In this document: in pieces, positions 47,529-57,345 of the stretch
Numbering within the stretch: position 1 is the first letter of the stretch
Layout: every line of letters starts with the position of its first letter
Assembly (NCBI GenBank): GCA_964572725.1
Contig: CAZNFW010000004.1
Location: 26,373-90,372, forward strand
From: an uncultured Melioribacter sp.
Lineage (GTDB): Bacteria > Bacteroidota > Ignavibacteria > Ignavibacteriales > Melioribacteraceae
Length of the DNA stretch: 64,000 nt
Direction: 5' to 3'
Notes under the pieces: generated by a model
What the model was told of the DNA's origin: nothing
The model's input: the letters and a program-made list of their open reading frames with translations, nothing else
Database searches by the model: none
Position numbers and translations under genes: made by a program

Positions 47529-49005
47529 CCATCTCTTTTAATTTTAGTTGAATCCATCGAACTGAAACATCAAGTGATTTTGCAGTTAATGTTCTATTGC
47601 CATTAAATTCTTCAAGACGTTTTTTAAGCAGCAGCAATTCAAATTCTTTAAGTGTTCCTTTGAAATTCATTAAGTCCTGATTATCTTCAAGAATTATATG
47701 TTCTGCATAAATTTTATCAGAATCACATAAAATAAGTGCTCTCTGAATTACATTTATTAGCTGACGAACATTACCGGGCCAATAATAACTTTCCATTTTT
47801 TTGATTGCAGAAGAATCTATAGGAATATTTTTTTTCGCAATCTTTTTAACAAAGTAGCTTGCAAGCAATGGAATATCTTCCCGTCGTTCTCTCAATGGCG
47901 GCATTTTAATCGGAAATACATTTAACCTGTAAAACAAATCTTCTCTAAATTGACCTTCTTTAGTAAGCGCATTTAAATCTTTATTTGTAGCTGCAATTAT
48001 TCTTACATCTACTTTTTTTACTCTTGTATCGCCAAGACGAATTATCTCGCGGTTTTCAAGAACTCTTAAAAGTTTTGCCTGAAGTGCATTTGAAATATCA
48101 GCAATTTCATCAAGGAAAAATGTCCCTCCATCTGCAGCTTCAATCAAACCTTGTTTGTCTGTGTTTGCTCCAGTAAAAGCTCCTTTCTTATATCCAAACA
48201 GCTCACTTTCAAGGAGACTATCCGGGATTGAACCGCAAAACTGAGCAAGAAATGGTTTGTCTTTTCTTCTGCTTAATTGATGAATTGCACGTGCAGCAAC
48301 TTCTTTTCCCGTTCCGCTTTCTCCAGTTATTAAAACTGTTGCATCTGTTTGTGCAACTTTATGAATTAACTTTGTTAGATTTTGAATGGCGGTGCTGTTG
48401 CCAACCATTTCAGGAATAATTTCAGAGGATTGAAGTTTATTGGTTAATATTCTGTTTTCTTTTTCTAATTCTTCGAGTTTTATTATTCTGTCTAATGTTA
48501 AAGATACAAGATTCGAAAAGAAGTTTAAGAAAATTAAATTCTCTTCTGTAAATTCACGTCGGTCTAATGTGCTGTCCGCAATAATTACTCCCCAGACTTT
48601 GTCGTCACGCATTATAGGAACACCAATTACAGATTTAATTCTATGAATTTGCACGCTCTGAAATTGTGATAAATTTGGGTCGCCCATTACATCGTGATAT
48701 AAAAGCGGCCGTTTTTCTTTGATTACTTTTTGAAGAATTCCTGAAGAAAATTGATTCAGGTCAGTTATGCTTTCATTTGAAATTTTTCTTGCTGTTATAA
48801 TTGAAAAACTATCTGTTGCCTCATCGTATTTTACAAATAAACCTCGTTCTGCATTGATAATTTTTATTACGATATCAATTACATCTTCTATAAAAGATTC
48901 TTGATAACTCGATGAGTTAAGAAGTTGACTGAATTCAAAGAGTGCTTCAAATTCTTCTTTAGAGAGATTTTTTATGTAATTAATATTTTCTGGTATAAAT
49001 TTCAT
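47506..49005 (-). CDS. Sigma-54-dependent transcriptional activator with an N-terminal GAF domain
   Basis: It has a GAF-like N-terminus, Walker [22 protein letters not shown], and a C-terminal HTH. Its stop overlaps the kinase gene start by 23 nt. Confidence 0.9.
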   Translation of the reverse strand: MKFIPENINYIKNLSKEEFEALFEFSQLLNSSSYQESFIEDVIDIVIKIINAERGLFVKYDEATDSFSIITARKISNESITDLNQFSSGILQKVIKEKRPLLYHDVMGDPNLSQFQSVQIHRIKSVIGVPIMRDDKVWGVIIADSTLDRREFTEENLIFLNFFSNLVSLTLDRIIKLEELEKENRILTNKLQSSEIIPEMVGNSTAIQNLTKLIHKVAQTDATVLITGESGTGKEVAARAIHQLSRRKDKPFLAQFCGSIPDSLLESELFGYKKGAFTGANTDKQGLIEAADGGTFFLDEIADISNALQAKLLRVLENREIIRLGDTRVKKVDVRIIAATNKDLNALTKEGQFREDLFYRLNVFPIKMPPLRERREDIPLLASYFVKKIAKKNIPIDSSAIKKMESYYWPGNVRQLINVIQRALILCDSDKIYAEHIILEDNQDLMNFKGTLKEFELLLLKKRLEEFNGNRTLTAKSLDVSVRWIQLKLKEMGEQQNDA

Positions 49006-49020
49006 GATTAATCTCTGAAA

Positions 49021-50967
49021 TTATTTTACCGTAAATGTTCCCGGTTTTGAAATTGAACTATTTCCAAAATCATCTATACAAATTACAACCCAGAAATAAT
49101 CACCCGCAGGCAAAGTTATGTCGCATGTTGTTTCAGTTGCATCTTTCGAAATATTTTTTTTCTCCCAAACTAAAATTGGAGCGGTTTCATCTGTGTAAAC
49201 CTGAACTGCATATTTAAAATTGAATCCCGGACTAAATTTTTTCCAGACGAATGTAGGACTGCTGCTTACCACAGCTCTATTAACTGGTGAATCAATTATA
49301 ATTTCTTGTGTAATTAGTCTTTTAATATTAGATGACCCAATTGTAAATATTCTTCCCGATTTATCTTTTGCTACAATTGTAAAATCTGTACCAATTGCAT
49401 CTTCGATGGAGTTTATCTTTAAATCTATTGTTCTGAAATTATTTTCATATTTGTTTGTTTCTAAATTGTAGATTAATCTCTTATAAAAATTTAATGAATT
49501 GTTTTTAACAAAAACTGTATCAACATCATTTTCATCATCAGCAATTGTTGCTTGAACATAAAGTCTTTGAACCTGAATATCAGGATATCTGTTCTGAACC
49601 GTTGTAAAAATTGAAAGTTCTGTTAAACGCGGATCAGCATTCAAGAATCTGTCGTCTATTTGTTTAACAGGTCGATTATCAAATTGAACAAAAACAGAAT
49701 CTTTGCTGTAACCGTCTTTCTCAAAATAAAGCCATCCGTTATTTTGAACTACATTGTCTAATTGGTATTTTCCTGCAGCATCCGTTTGAGTAATCATTGA
49801 TTGATTTTTCCAAAATACTTTTACATTTGGAATTACTCTGCGCGGCAGTGCTACTGTTTTAACATAACCTAAAATTGTAGCTGTAGTATAACTCAAAGTC
49901 CTATCGCTCATTCTTAAAGAGTTTTGACCATTCCAGCTTACATAAACTGAATCTTTTTTGAATCCATATTTTTCGAAATAAAGCCATCCATCTTTTATAG
50001 AAACATTTTGAAGTTTATAATAACCGCTCGAATTTGTTTCGCTGAAAATATTTTGATTTTTCCATAAAACTTTAACATCCTTCAAAGGATTTCGTGAAAT
50101 ATCATAAACAAATCCATCAATCGTTCCAATTGTGTAATAAAGAATTACTTCATTAACTCTTATTGTTTTTTGATTATTCCATCTAACATAAACAGAATCT
50201 TTGGCAAAGCCGTCCTTTTCAAAATAAAGCCATCCATCATTCATAGAAATATTTTCCAGTTTATAATAACCTTCATAATTTGTTTGCACAAGAATATTTT
50301 GATTCTTCCAGAAAACATTTACATTTGACAAAGCTGAACGGGGAACAGCATAAACAAATCCATCAAGTGTTCCAATAGTTGGATATAAAATTACATCAGA
50401 AATATGTTTGACTTCTTCATTATTCCACTCAACAAAAAAAGAATCGCGGGATAATCCTTCCTTTTCAAAATAAAGCCATCCATCATTCATAGAAATATTT
50501 TCCAGTTTATAATAACCATCGGAATTTGTTTCAGCAAAAACCTTCTGATTTTTCCACAAAACTCTTACATTTTCAACAGCATTTCTTGGAACTGTGTAAA
50601 CATATCCATCAAGCTGACCACGAGTATAACTTAAAATGAATTCTTGCAAATGTTTTATTTTTTGATTATTCCATTCCACATAAATAGAATCTTGTGATAA
50701 TCCTTCTTTTTCAAAAATTAACATCCCATCTTTCATTTGAATATTTTCAATTCTGAAATAACCTTGAGAATTGGTTAGTGCAAAAACATTTTGATTTTTC
50801 CAGATTACTTTTACACCTGCTAAAGCAGCACGATTAGAAGATAAAACATAACCGTCAATTAAACCCAATTTATTGTTAGGATTTCGAGAATCAAGCAGAT
50901 TTAATCTTGGTGCATCACAAGATATTATACCCAGAAGAGTCAGTATTATCAGTAATATTTTTTTCAT
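49021..50967 (-). CDS. Lipoprotein with five tandem 82-aa carboxypeptidase-regulatory-like repeats and an Ig/FN3-like C-terminal region
   Basis: It has the lipobox LLGIISC. Five units match the pattern xDG(Y/F)V....V.V.WKNQ....TN..GYYKLENISMNDGWLYFEK.G...DS.YV.WNN. Confidence 0.7.
   Translation of the reverse strand: MKKILLIILTLLGIISCDAPRLNLLDSRNPNNKLGLIDGYVLSSNRAALAGVKVIWKNQNVFALTNSQGYFRIENIQMKDGMLIFEKEGLSQDSIYVEWNNQKIKHLQEFILSYTRGQLDGYVYTVPRNAVENVRVLWKNQKVFAETNSDGYYKLENISMNDGWLYFEKEGLSRDSFFVEWNNEEVKHISDVILYPTIGTLDGFVYAVPRSALSNVNVFWKNQNILVQTNYEGYYKLENISMNDGWLYFEKDGFAKDSVYVRWNNQKTIRVNEVILYYTIGTIDGFVYDISRNPLKDVKVLWKNQNIFSETNSSGYYKLQNVSIKDGWLYFEKYGFKKDSVYVSWNGQNSLRMSDRTLSYTTATILGYVKTVALPRRVIPNVKVFWKNQSMITQTDAAGKYQLDNVVQNNGWLYFEKDGYSKDSVFVQFDNRPVKQIDDRFLNADPRLTELSIFTTVQNRYPDIQVQRLYVQATIADDENDVDTVFVKNNSLNFYKRLIYNLETNKYENNFRTIDLKINSIEDAIGTDFTIVAKDKSGRIFTIGSSNIKRLITQEIIIDSPVNRAVVSSSPTFVWKKFSPGFNFKYAVQVYTDETAPILVWEKKNISKDATETTCDITLPAGDYFWVVICIDDFGNSSISKPGTFTVK
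49630..50859 (-). repeat. Intragenic tandem repeat, five copies of 246 nt
   Basis: The period is 246 nt. An identical 58-nt block, ccttttcaaaataaagccatccatcattcatagaaatattttccagtttataataacc, occurs at 50214-50271 and again at 50460-50517. Confidence 0.85.
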
Positions 50968-51010
50968 TTTATAATGAATTAAATCAATTATAAAAATAAA
51001 CTATTTGTGC

Positions 51011-51035
51011 AAATTTTTCGTAGTGCGAAAAATTT
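51011..51035. other. A/T-rich perfect hairpin or palindrome between the phzF-like gene and the repeat-lipoprotein operon
   Basis: The arms aaatttttcg and cgaaaaattt flank a tagtg loop. This could be the terminator of the nad operon or an operator for the downstream operon. Confidence 0.3.
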
Positions 51036-51105
51036 TTTGTGTAAATATGCTTATATTTTTTAAAATAAAGTAGATTCAAATTAAAAGAAATTTTGGGAAA
51101 GCGAT

Positions 51106-51888
51106 TTATAAGTAAATACTCCCTGTCATATATAAAACAGCTCTGCCAGAAATTTTAACTCGTTTCCCCACATTTTCACAAAAGAGTTCACCGCCCCTTT
51201 TTGAAACTTGATGAGCTGTTAGCTTCTTCTTATTAAGTTTTTCTGACCAGTATGGAGTTAATACTGTGTGTGCCGAACCAGTAACAGGATCTTCATCAAC
51301 TCCTTCATTTGGCACAAACACTCTCGACACAAAATCAACAGTTTTGCTTTTTGCAGTTATTATCACAGCATGTTTATGAAGTTTTCGAATTAAATTAAAG
51401 TTTGGTGAATAATTTTTTATAAAATCTTCATCATCAAAAACTATTAAAAGAAAGAAACCATTTTCAAGAACTTCAACTGGAGTTTTATTAAAACACTCAT
51501 TCAACTCAGATGGATGATTTGTTTCATGCGGTTTATTAGCTGGAAAATCTAAAGTTAACAGTTCACCATTTCGTTCAACAATTAATTCTCCGCTCTTAGA
51601 AGTGAAAATAATTTTATCTCTATCTTTCTCAATAAAATTGAATAACACAAAACTTGAAGCAAGAGTTGCATGACCGCATAATGGAACTTCTGATTGAGGA
51701 GTCATCCATCGAATATGATATTTGTCTCCTTCTTTTACAAAAAAGGCTGTCTCGGATAAATTATTTTCCATGGCAATATTTTGCAGTATTGCATCATCAA
51801 GCCATTCTTTAAGCGGAACTACAGCTGCTGGATTGCCAGAAAAAATTTTTCCTGTAAATGCATCAACCTGATAAATTGGCAGTATCAT
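51106..51888 (-). CDS. PhzF-family isomerase-like protein
   Basis: 260 aa with the VDAFT N-terminus, the NLSETAF motif, and the two-domain PhzF/DapF-like layout. Confidence 0.85.
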   Translation of the reverse strand: MILPIYQVDAFTGKIFSGNPAAVVPLKEWLDDAILQNIAMENNLSETAFFVKEGDKYHIRWMTPQSEVPLCGHATLASSFVLFNFIEKDRDKIIFTSKSGELIVERNGELLTLDFPANKPHETNHPSELNECFNKTPVEVLENGFFLLIVFDDEDFIKNYSPNFNLIRKLHKHAVIITAKSKTVDFVSRVFVPNEGVDEDPVTGSAHTVLTPYWSEKLNKKKLTAHQVSKRGGELFCENVGKRVKISGRAVLYMTGSIYL

Positions 51889-51889
51889 T

Positions 51890-52438
51890 TTATCTCCTGT
51901 TATTATTAAAAAACATTTCTTTATGCAAAAATGGAATCACTGCAACTTTTAAACCTTCAACATAAAGTTCTTTTCTGTTCATTACACCATTAGTAAAAAA
52001 TCCTATTGCACCATTTTTTTGTTTGGTATTTTTTTGATTCATAATTTCATCCATTACATCACCAAGCTCAATTCCATTTAATAATTTTTTAAAAACAAAT
52101 TCCGGCAGTTCAAAGTGAGGTGATGTTCCAAATGAAATTTTTCCTTCTTTATCCATAACACACATACATCCAAAAGCAAACCATTTATTAAAATAATTTT
52201 TTATCCCGCCTTCTATTCCAATAAAAAAATCTCCGTTTAATTTTTCTCTTTCATTAATTTCTTTCAACTTTTGAGCACGATTCTTAGCCCCAGTGAATGT
52301 TTCTTCATTAATTGGTTGAGAAGAAACACCTGAATCTACTTCAATCCCTATTACTTCTACATTATCAAAGTAATATGAAAATGCTTCTTTCACTGATTCA
52401 ATTTTTACAGGATTTTTTGAACCTACAAGAACTATCAT
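51890..52438 (-). CDS. yjjX: Inosine/xanthosine triphosphatase (YjjX family, DUF84)
   Basis: It is colinear with E. coli YjjX (GSKNPVK, SGVSSQP, GAKNRA, IGIEGG, GAIGFFT). Confidence 0.85.
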   Translation of the reverse strand: MIVLVGSKNPVKIESVKEAFSYYFDNVEVIGIEVDSGVSSQPINEETFTGAKNRAQKLKEINEREKLNGDFFIGIEGGIKNYFNKWFAFGCMCVMDKEGKISFGTSPHFELPEFVFKKLLNGIELGDVMDEIMNQKNTKQKNGAIGFFTNGVMNRKELYVEGLKVAVIPFLHKEMFFNNNRR

Positions 52439-52456
52439 TTTTTATAAAATAATTTT

Positions 52457-53392
52457 TTAGACAATTGAAAGCATTCGTTCAATTGAAAGTCTTGCTTTTT
52501 GTGCTACTTCTTCTGGTACTTTTACTTCATATAATTCATTCAACAAAGAATAATATAATTTTTCCAATGTTATCATCTTCATGTATTCACAAACTGCATT
52601 TTCACTTAAAGGATAAAATTTTGCCTCCGGTCTTACTTTTCTTAATCTATGAAGAATGCCAACTTCTGTTGCAATTACAAATTCATTTGCTTTAGAATTT
52701 GTAACATGTTTAATCATTCCTTCCGTGGAATAAATATGAATATTTTTGCAATCAAAATAGAGCTGGGATTTCAACATGCATGAAGACGAACATCCACATT
52801 CAGGATGAATTAAAAATTCAGCATCGGGATGTTCATTTCTTGCATCATCAAAACTTATATCACCAATTTTTTCATGAACATGACAGGCACCGTTCCATAT
52901 TTCAATTTCCCTGCCTGTTACAGTGCTTACATATAATCCCAAGAATTTGTCTGGAAGGAATAATATTTTTTTGTTTTCAGGAATTGCCTGAACAACTTTA
53001 ACTGCATTTGAAGATGTAACACAATAATCACTTTCTGCTTTTACTTCTGCAGTTGTATTGACATAAGAAACAACGACATAATCCGGGTGCTCTTCTTTCC
53101 ATTTTTTAAGTTGTTCTGCATTAATTGTTGAGGCAAGCGAACACCCTGCTTCTAAATCCGGGATAAGAACTTTTTTATCAGGAGAAATAATTGAAGCTGT
53201 TTCTGCCATAAAATGGACACCGCAGAAAACAATTATATCTGCTTTTGTTTTTGCTGCTTGCTGCGATAAGCCAAGTGAATCACCCACAAAATCTGCTAAA
53301 TCCTGTATTTCAGGAATTTGATAATTATGAGCAAGTATAACAGCATTTTTTTCTTTTCTTAATTTATTTATTTCATTTATTAAATCGTTCAT
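52457..53392 (-). CDS. nadA: Quinolinate synthase
   Basis: 311 aa. It has AHNYQ, VHFMAETA and HPEC motifs, with the Cys ligands of the NadA 4Fe-4S cluster. Confidence 0.95.
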   Translation of the reverse strand: MNDLINEINKLRKEKNAVILAHNYQIPEIQDLADFVGDSLGLSQQAAKTKADIIVFCGVHFMAETASIISPDKKVLIPDLEAGCSLASTINAEQLKKWKEEHPDYVVVSYVNTTAEVKAESDYCVTSSNAVKVVQAIPENKKILFLPDKFLGLYVSTVTGREIEIWNGACHVHEKIGDISFDDARNEHPDAEFLIHPECGCSSSCMLKSQLYFDCKNIHIYSTEGMIKHVTNSKANEFVIATEVGILHRLRKVRPEAKFYPLSENAVCEYMKMITLEKLYYSLLNELYEVKVPEEVAQKARLSIERMLSIV

Positions 53393-53413
53393 CTTTGTCT
53401 CACTGATTTTGCA

Positions 53414-54253
53414 TTAAATATTTTGTATTTTCATACTGATATCAAGAGCCCTGACTGAATGAGTAATAGCTCCAACCGAAATAAAATCAACTCCGGTTAA
53501 TGCAATTTTTCTTACATTTTCAAGTGTTACATTTCCCGAGGCTTCAACTAGAGCTTTGCCATCAATTAATTTAACTGCTTGTTCCATCAATTCTACGGTC
53601 ATATTATCAAGCATAATAATATCAACTTTATTCGATAATGCTTCTTTGACTTCCTCAAGATTTGTAGTTTCTACTTCAATCTTCATCTTTTTTTTAAGTT
53701 TTTTTCTTATTATATGAACAGCATTGGTAATACTTCCAGCAGCTTTAATATGATTATCTTTGATTAACACCATATCGTAAAGTCCAAAACGATGATTTGT
53801 TCCTCCTCCCGCCTTAACAGAATATTTGTCAAGCATTCTTAAGCAGGGAACGGTTTTGCGAGTATCAAGAATCTTTGTATTTAATCCTTCAAGTTGAGCT
53901 ATAAATTTTGCTGTTAATGTTGCAATCCCGCTCATTCTTTGTAAAAAATTTAGTGCCGTCCGTTCACCCGTTAATAAATCTCTAAGTGAACCTTTTACTT
54001 CTGCTATCTTAGTGTTTTTAGATACTTTATCACCATCATTAATAAATTTTTTAAAAGTAATTTTATTATCCAGTTTTTTGAATACCTCTTTAGCTACATT
54101 CAATCCAGCAATTACCCCATCTTCTTTGACAAAGATTTCTGCAATTCCTTTTTGAAAATCTGGCACAATCAAATTGGTGGTTACATCACCGCTTCCGATA
54201 TCTTCTTTTAATGCCAAATTAATTATTCGAACTAATTCTTTTTTGTTAATCAT
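53414..54253 (-). CDS. nadC: Nicotinate-nucleotide pyrophosphorylase (carboxylating)
   Basis: 279 aa with EDIGSGDVT, ERTALNFLQ, TRKT, IKDNH and MLDNM motifs. Confidence 0.95.
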   Translation of the reverse strand: MINKKELVRIINLALKEDIGSGDVTTNLIVPDFQKGIAEIFVKEDGVIAGLNVAKEVFKKLDNKITFKKFINDGDKVSKNTKIAEVKGSLRDLLTGERTALNFLQRMSGIATLTAKFIAQLEGLNTKILDTRKTVPCLRMLDKYSVKAGGGTNHRFGLYDMVLIKDNHIKAAGSITNAVHIIRKKLKKKMKIEVETTNLEEVKEALSNKVDIIMLDNMTVELMEQAVKLIDGKALVEASGNVTLENVRKIALTGVDFISVGAITHSVRALDISMKIQNI

Positions 54254-54276
54254 TTTCTTATAAAATTTTTTTGAAA

Positions 54277-55851
54277 TTATGATATAGGAATTAAAACAGG
54301 TTCTTTTCCTTTTTCCTGTATAATTAATTTTCTAAAATTTTCGTCTTCTTCGGGAAAATCTTCTCTTCTATGACAACCTCTGCTTTCTTCTCGAACTAGT
54401 GCAGCTTGTGCAATCATTTTTGCTACATTAATAAGGCTAATAATTCTTCCTGCATAGTATTCATTTTCATCTAAAGAAATATTTTTTGTCAAATCATTAA
54501 TTACATTAAGAGCTTCGAATAAGGAATCTTTTGTTCTTATAATGCCAACATTATTCCATAAAAGTTTAGCAATGATATTTTTTATTTCAAGAAAAGTTTG
54601 TTTGTTATTTTTATCCACATAAAAATTTAAGATGCTAAATTTAGAAAAATTCCTTCTCTCTTCTTTCAAATATTTTAAAGAATGTTCTACTGCTCTTTTA
54701 GAAAAGACAAGACATTCAAGCAAAGAATTGCTTGCAAGTCGATTTGCTCCATGAACTCCTGTAGAAGCAACTTCTCCAACTGCATAAAGCCGTTTAATAT
54801 TTGTTTCGGCATTTAAATCAGTTTTAATACCTCCTACCATATAATGAGCTGCGGGTGTTACAGGAACAAGATCTTTAGTTATATCAATTCCATATTTTAG
54901 AGCTTCTTTATAAATATTAGAAAATCTTTTTTTGATTTTATTTTCATTTAGATGATTGAGTTTTAAGAAGACATTCGGCTTATTAGTTTTTTTTAATTCA
55001 TTGAAAATTGCTTCTGATACAAGATCTCTTGTTGCAAGTTCTGTTATATTTTCATCATGTAGAAATCTTTTACCATCATAATTCAAAAGCAATGCTCCTT
55101 CACCTCTTACTGCTTCGCTGATAAGAAATGTTTCGTCTGTTCCAGTGTAAAACGATGTTGGATGAAACTGAATAAATTCCATGCTCTCGATTTTTACTCC
55201 AATATCATAAGCAAGCCACAAGCCTTCTCCCACTGTAGTATGCGGATTAGTAGAATGAGAAAAAATTGCAGAAGCTCCACCAGTAGCAAGAATAATGACT
55301 TTTCCAGTTATTAAAAAATTATCATTATTGTTGTGATTAAAAGCATAAGCTCCAATACATTCATCATTTTTCGAAATTAATTTATAAACTAATGTATTTT
55401 CAAAAATTTTTATGTTTTTGTTTTCATAAATAAACTTAAGAATAAAGTTAACCACTTCTTTACCCGTTGCATCTCCACCAGCATGCAGAACTCGATTTCT
55501 TGAATGACCTCCTTCGAGTCCCAATGATATCTCGCCATCTTCTTTATCGAACTGCATTCCAAGTTCAATAAGTTCTTTAACTCTTTCTAATCCTTCATTC
55601 ACAAGTATTTTAACTGCTTCTTTATTGCATAAACCACTACCAGCTTTAATCGTATCTTCATAATGTAATTGAGTGGAATCATTTTTCCCTATCGCAGCTG
55701 CTATGCCACCTTGTGCTAAATAAGAATTACTTATTTCAATAGTTGTTTTTGTTATTAAAGCAACGGTACCATACTTAGAAGCATAGAATGCCGAATATAA
55801 ACCTGCTAATCCTGCACCGATTATCACAAAATCATAATCGAAATTATTCAT
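54277..55851 (-). CDS. nadB: L-aspartate oxidase
   Basis: 524 aa with the FAD motif DFVIIGAGLAGL, plus AQGGIAA, HPT and SRGCH motifs. Confidence 0.95.
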   Translation of the reverse strand: MNNFDYDFVIIGAGLAGLYSAFYASKYGTVALITKTTIEISNSYLAQGGIAAAIGKNDSTQLHYEDTIKAGSGLCNKEAVKILVNEGLERVKELIELGMQFDKEDGEISLGLEGGHSRNRVLHAGGDATGKEVVNFILKFIYENKNIKIFENTLVYKLISKNDECIGAYAFNHNNNDNFLITGKVIILATGGASAIFSHSTNPHTTVGEGLWLAYDIGVKIESMEFIQFHPTSFYTGTDETFLISEAVRGEGALLLNYDGKRFLHDENITELATRDLVSEAIFNELKKTNKPNVFLKLNHLNENKIKKRFSNIYKEALKYGIDITKDLVPVTPAAHYMVGGIKTDLNAETNIKRLYAVGEVASTGVHGANRLASNSLLECLVFSKRAVEHSLKYLKEERRNFSKFSILNFYVDKNNKQTFLEIKNIIAKLLWNNVGIIRTKDSLFEALNVINDLTKNISLDENEYYAGRIISLINVAKMIAQAALVREESRGCHRREDFPEEDENFRKLIIQEKGKEPVLIPIS

Positions 55852-55964
55852 AGAAAAAAATTTTTTGTTTTCATAAAAGATAGAAAATTTACATGAAATA
55901 ATTTTTTAGAATCTTTTTTAATAGTTAATCATCTTATTGCTTATAAAAAATTCAGGAGAAAAAA

Positions 55965-56312
55965 ATGCTTAGAACAAATTTGAATCATATTTTATCTGAA
56001 GGAGAATACAATAAAATTCTCAAAGAAAATGAAAATGTAATGATTTGTTGTGGAAGAATGGGACCAATGTGCATTCCAGTTTATCAAGCAATGCAAGAAC
56101 TTGAAAATGAATATCCGCATGTTAAATTTTTTGATATGGAATTCGATATTCCAGATGCAAATGTTATCAGAAATCTTCCGGAGTGCAAAGGTTTTGCGGG
56201 TTTACCATTTACAGTTTATTATAAAAATGGTAAAGTTGTTAAAGCAACAAGCAGCATTCAAACAAAAGAACAAATTAAAAACATTCTTAATGAATATTTC
56301 GGGACTAAATAA
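55965..56312 (+). CDS. Thioredoxin-fold protein with a non-canonical active-site region
   Basis: 115 aa with thioredoxin-like layout (VMICCGRMGPMC ... GLPFTVYYKNGK). The overlapping alternative-frame ORF 56050..56382 is judged spurious. Confidence 0.55.
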   Translation: MLRTNLNHILSEGEYNKILKENENVMICCGRMGPMCIPVYQAMQELENEYPHVKFFDMEFDIPDANVIRNLPECKGFAGLPFTVYYKNGKVVKATSSIQTKEQIKNILNEYFGTK

Positions 56313-56545
56313 GATTAAGCATTTTTATATTATGTTTACCAGTGTTTATAAGCAGCGTGCTACTCTTAACAGGTTTACTTAGTTTCTAAAACTGTCTATT
56401 AGCATAAAGCTTCTTCAGGTAAATTCCAGTATGTTCTATCGAGATGGATTAAACTTTGATTTCATAAATAAAATTCAATAATTACATAAAAAATAATTAA
56501 TAATTATGCATAACTATGTATATTTATTAATATCTATTTCCATCT

Positions 56546-57211
56546 CTATTCTTTCCATATAAAATCAAACAAAAGATACGATGCTGTTAACATTATTACA
56601 TCATAACAAACAAGGACTAAAATTTCGACAACTGATGAAGAAATTGAATTTCCATCCATTGAAAATTTTGTAATTTCAAGAAGAATAAGAATTAAAGGAA
56701 GCAGAATTGGAAAAGATAAAACCGGGTAAAGCGTTCCTTTTGACGATGCCTTTGAAATTATCGCTGCAATAATTGTTGATGAAATTGCTATCCCAATATT
56801 TCCAAGAACAAATGCTATTAAGAACAACAAAAAATTTTTTATGATAAATGATTCAAATAAAAGCAAAAATAAAATAGTAATTGCAAAGTTCATTAAAAAA
56901 ACAAGAACAAGATTAAAAATTAATTTCCCCGAGAAAATTGTTGACGGCGATGCAATCAAATGAAGAGTCATTGTAGTGCCGCGTTCTTCTTCCGAAACAA
57001 ATACTCTCGATAATCCAGACATTGCAGAAAAAAATATTACAACCCATAGCAGTCCGCCAGTTAAATATTCTGTTATTTTTTCACTGCCTATAGAAAACAT
57101 TATTACGCTGATTGTGACAAGAATAAACATCGACAAAGCATTAATAGCATAACGTGTTCTTAGTTCCGACTCCCAATCTTTCTTAAATAAATAATATGAC
57201 TTCATAAACAT
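56546..57211 (-). CDS. CcmB-like heme exporter / ABC-2-type permease
   Basis: 221 aa with six TM helices. The N-terminal pattern (LFKKDWESELRTRY ... LSRVFVSEEERGT) is colinear with CcmB. Confidence 0.55.
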   Translation of the reverse strand: MFMKSYYLFKKDWESELRTRYAINALSMFILVTISVIMFSIGSEKITEYLTGGLLWVVIFFSAMSGLSRVFVSEEERGTTMTLHLIASPSTIFSGKLIFNLVLVFLMNFAITILFLLLFESFIIKNFLLFLIAFVLGNIGIAISSTIIAAIISKASSKGTLYPVLSFPILLPLILILLEITKFSMDGNSISSSVVEILVLVCYDVIMLTASYLLFDFIWKE

Positions 57212-57345
57212 TTACTGTTTTGATTCTGTATTCGAAAATAATTTTAATTTCCGAATGTTTCTTGAAAAAATTTGAAAATATTTTTCTATCTTACTCATAT
57301 TATCTGAGGCACAATAATAGAATTATCTTTTTTATATATTTGACC

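Noticed and set aside
56050-56382. A 110-aa ORF overlaps the thioredoxin-like gene in another frame on the same strand.
   Set aside because: The 55965..56312 frame has a thioredoxin-fold layout. The alternative frame gives a low-complexity, motif-free product.
56313-56545. A 233-nt non-coding gap lies between the convergent thioredoxin-like and CcmB-like genes. This could hold an ncRNA.
   Set aside because: I found only short AT-rich palindromes (ttatgcataa, taattaataatta). There is no stable stem, no promoter/terminator pair and no GC-rich island.
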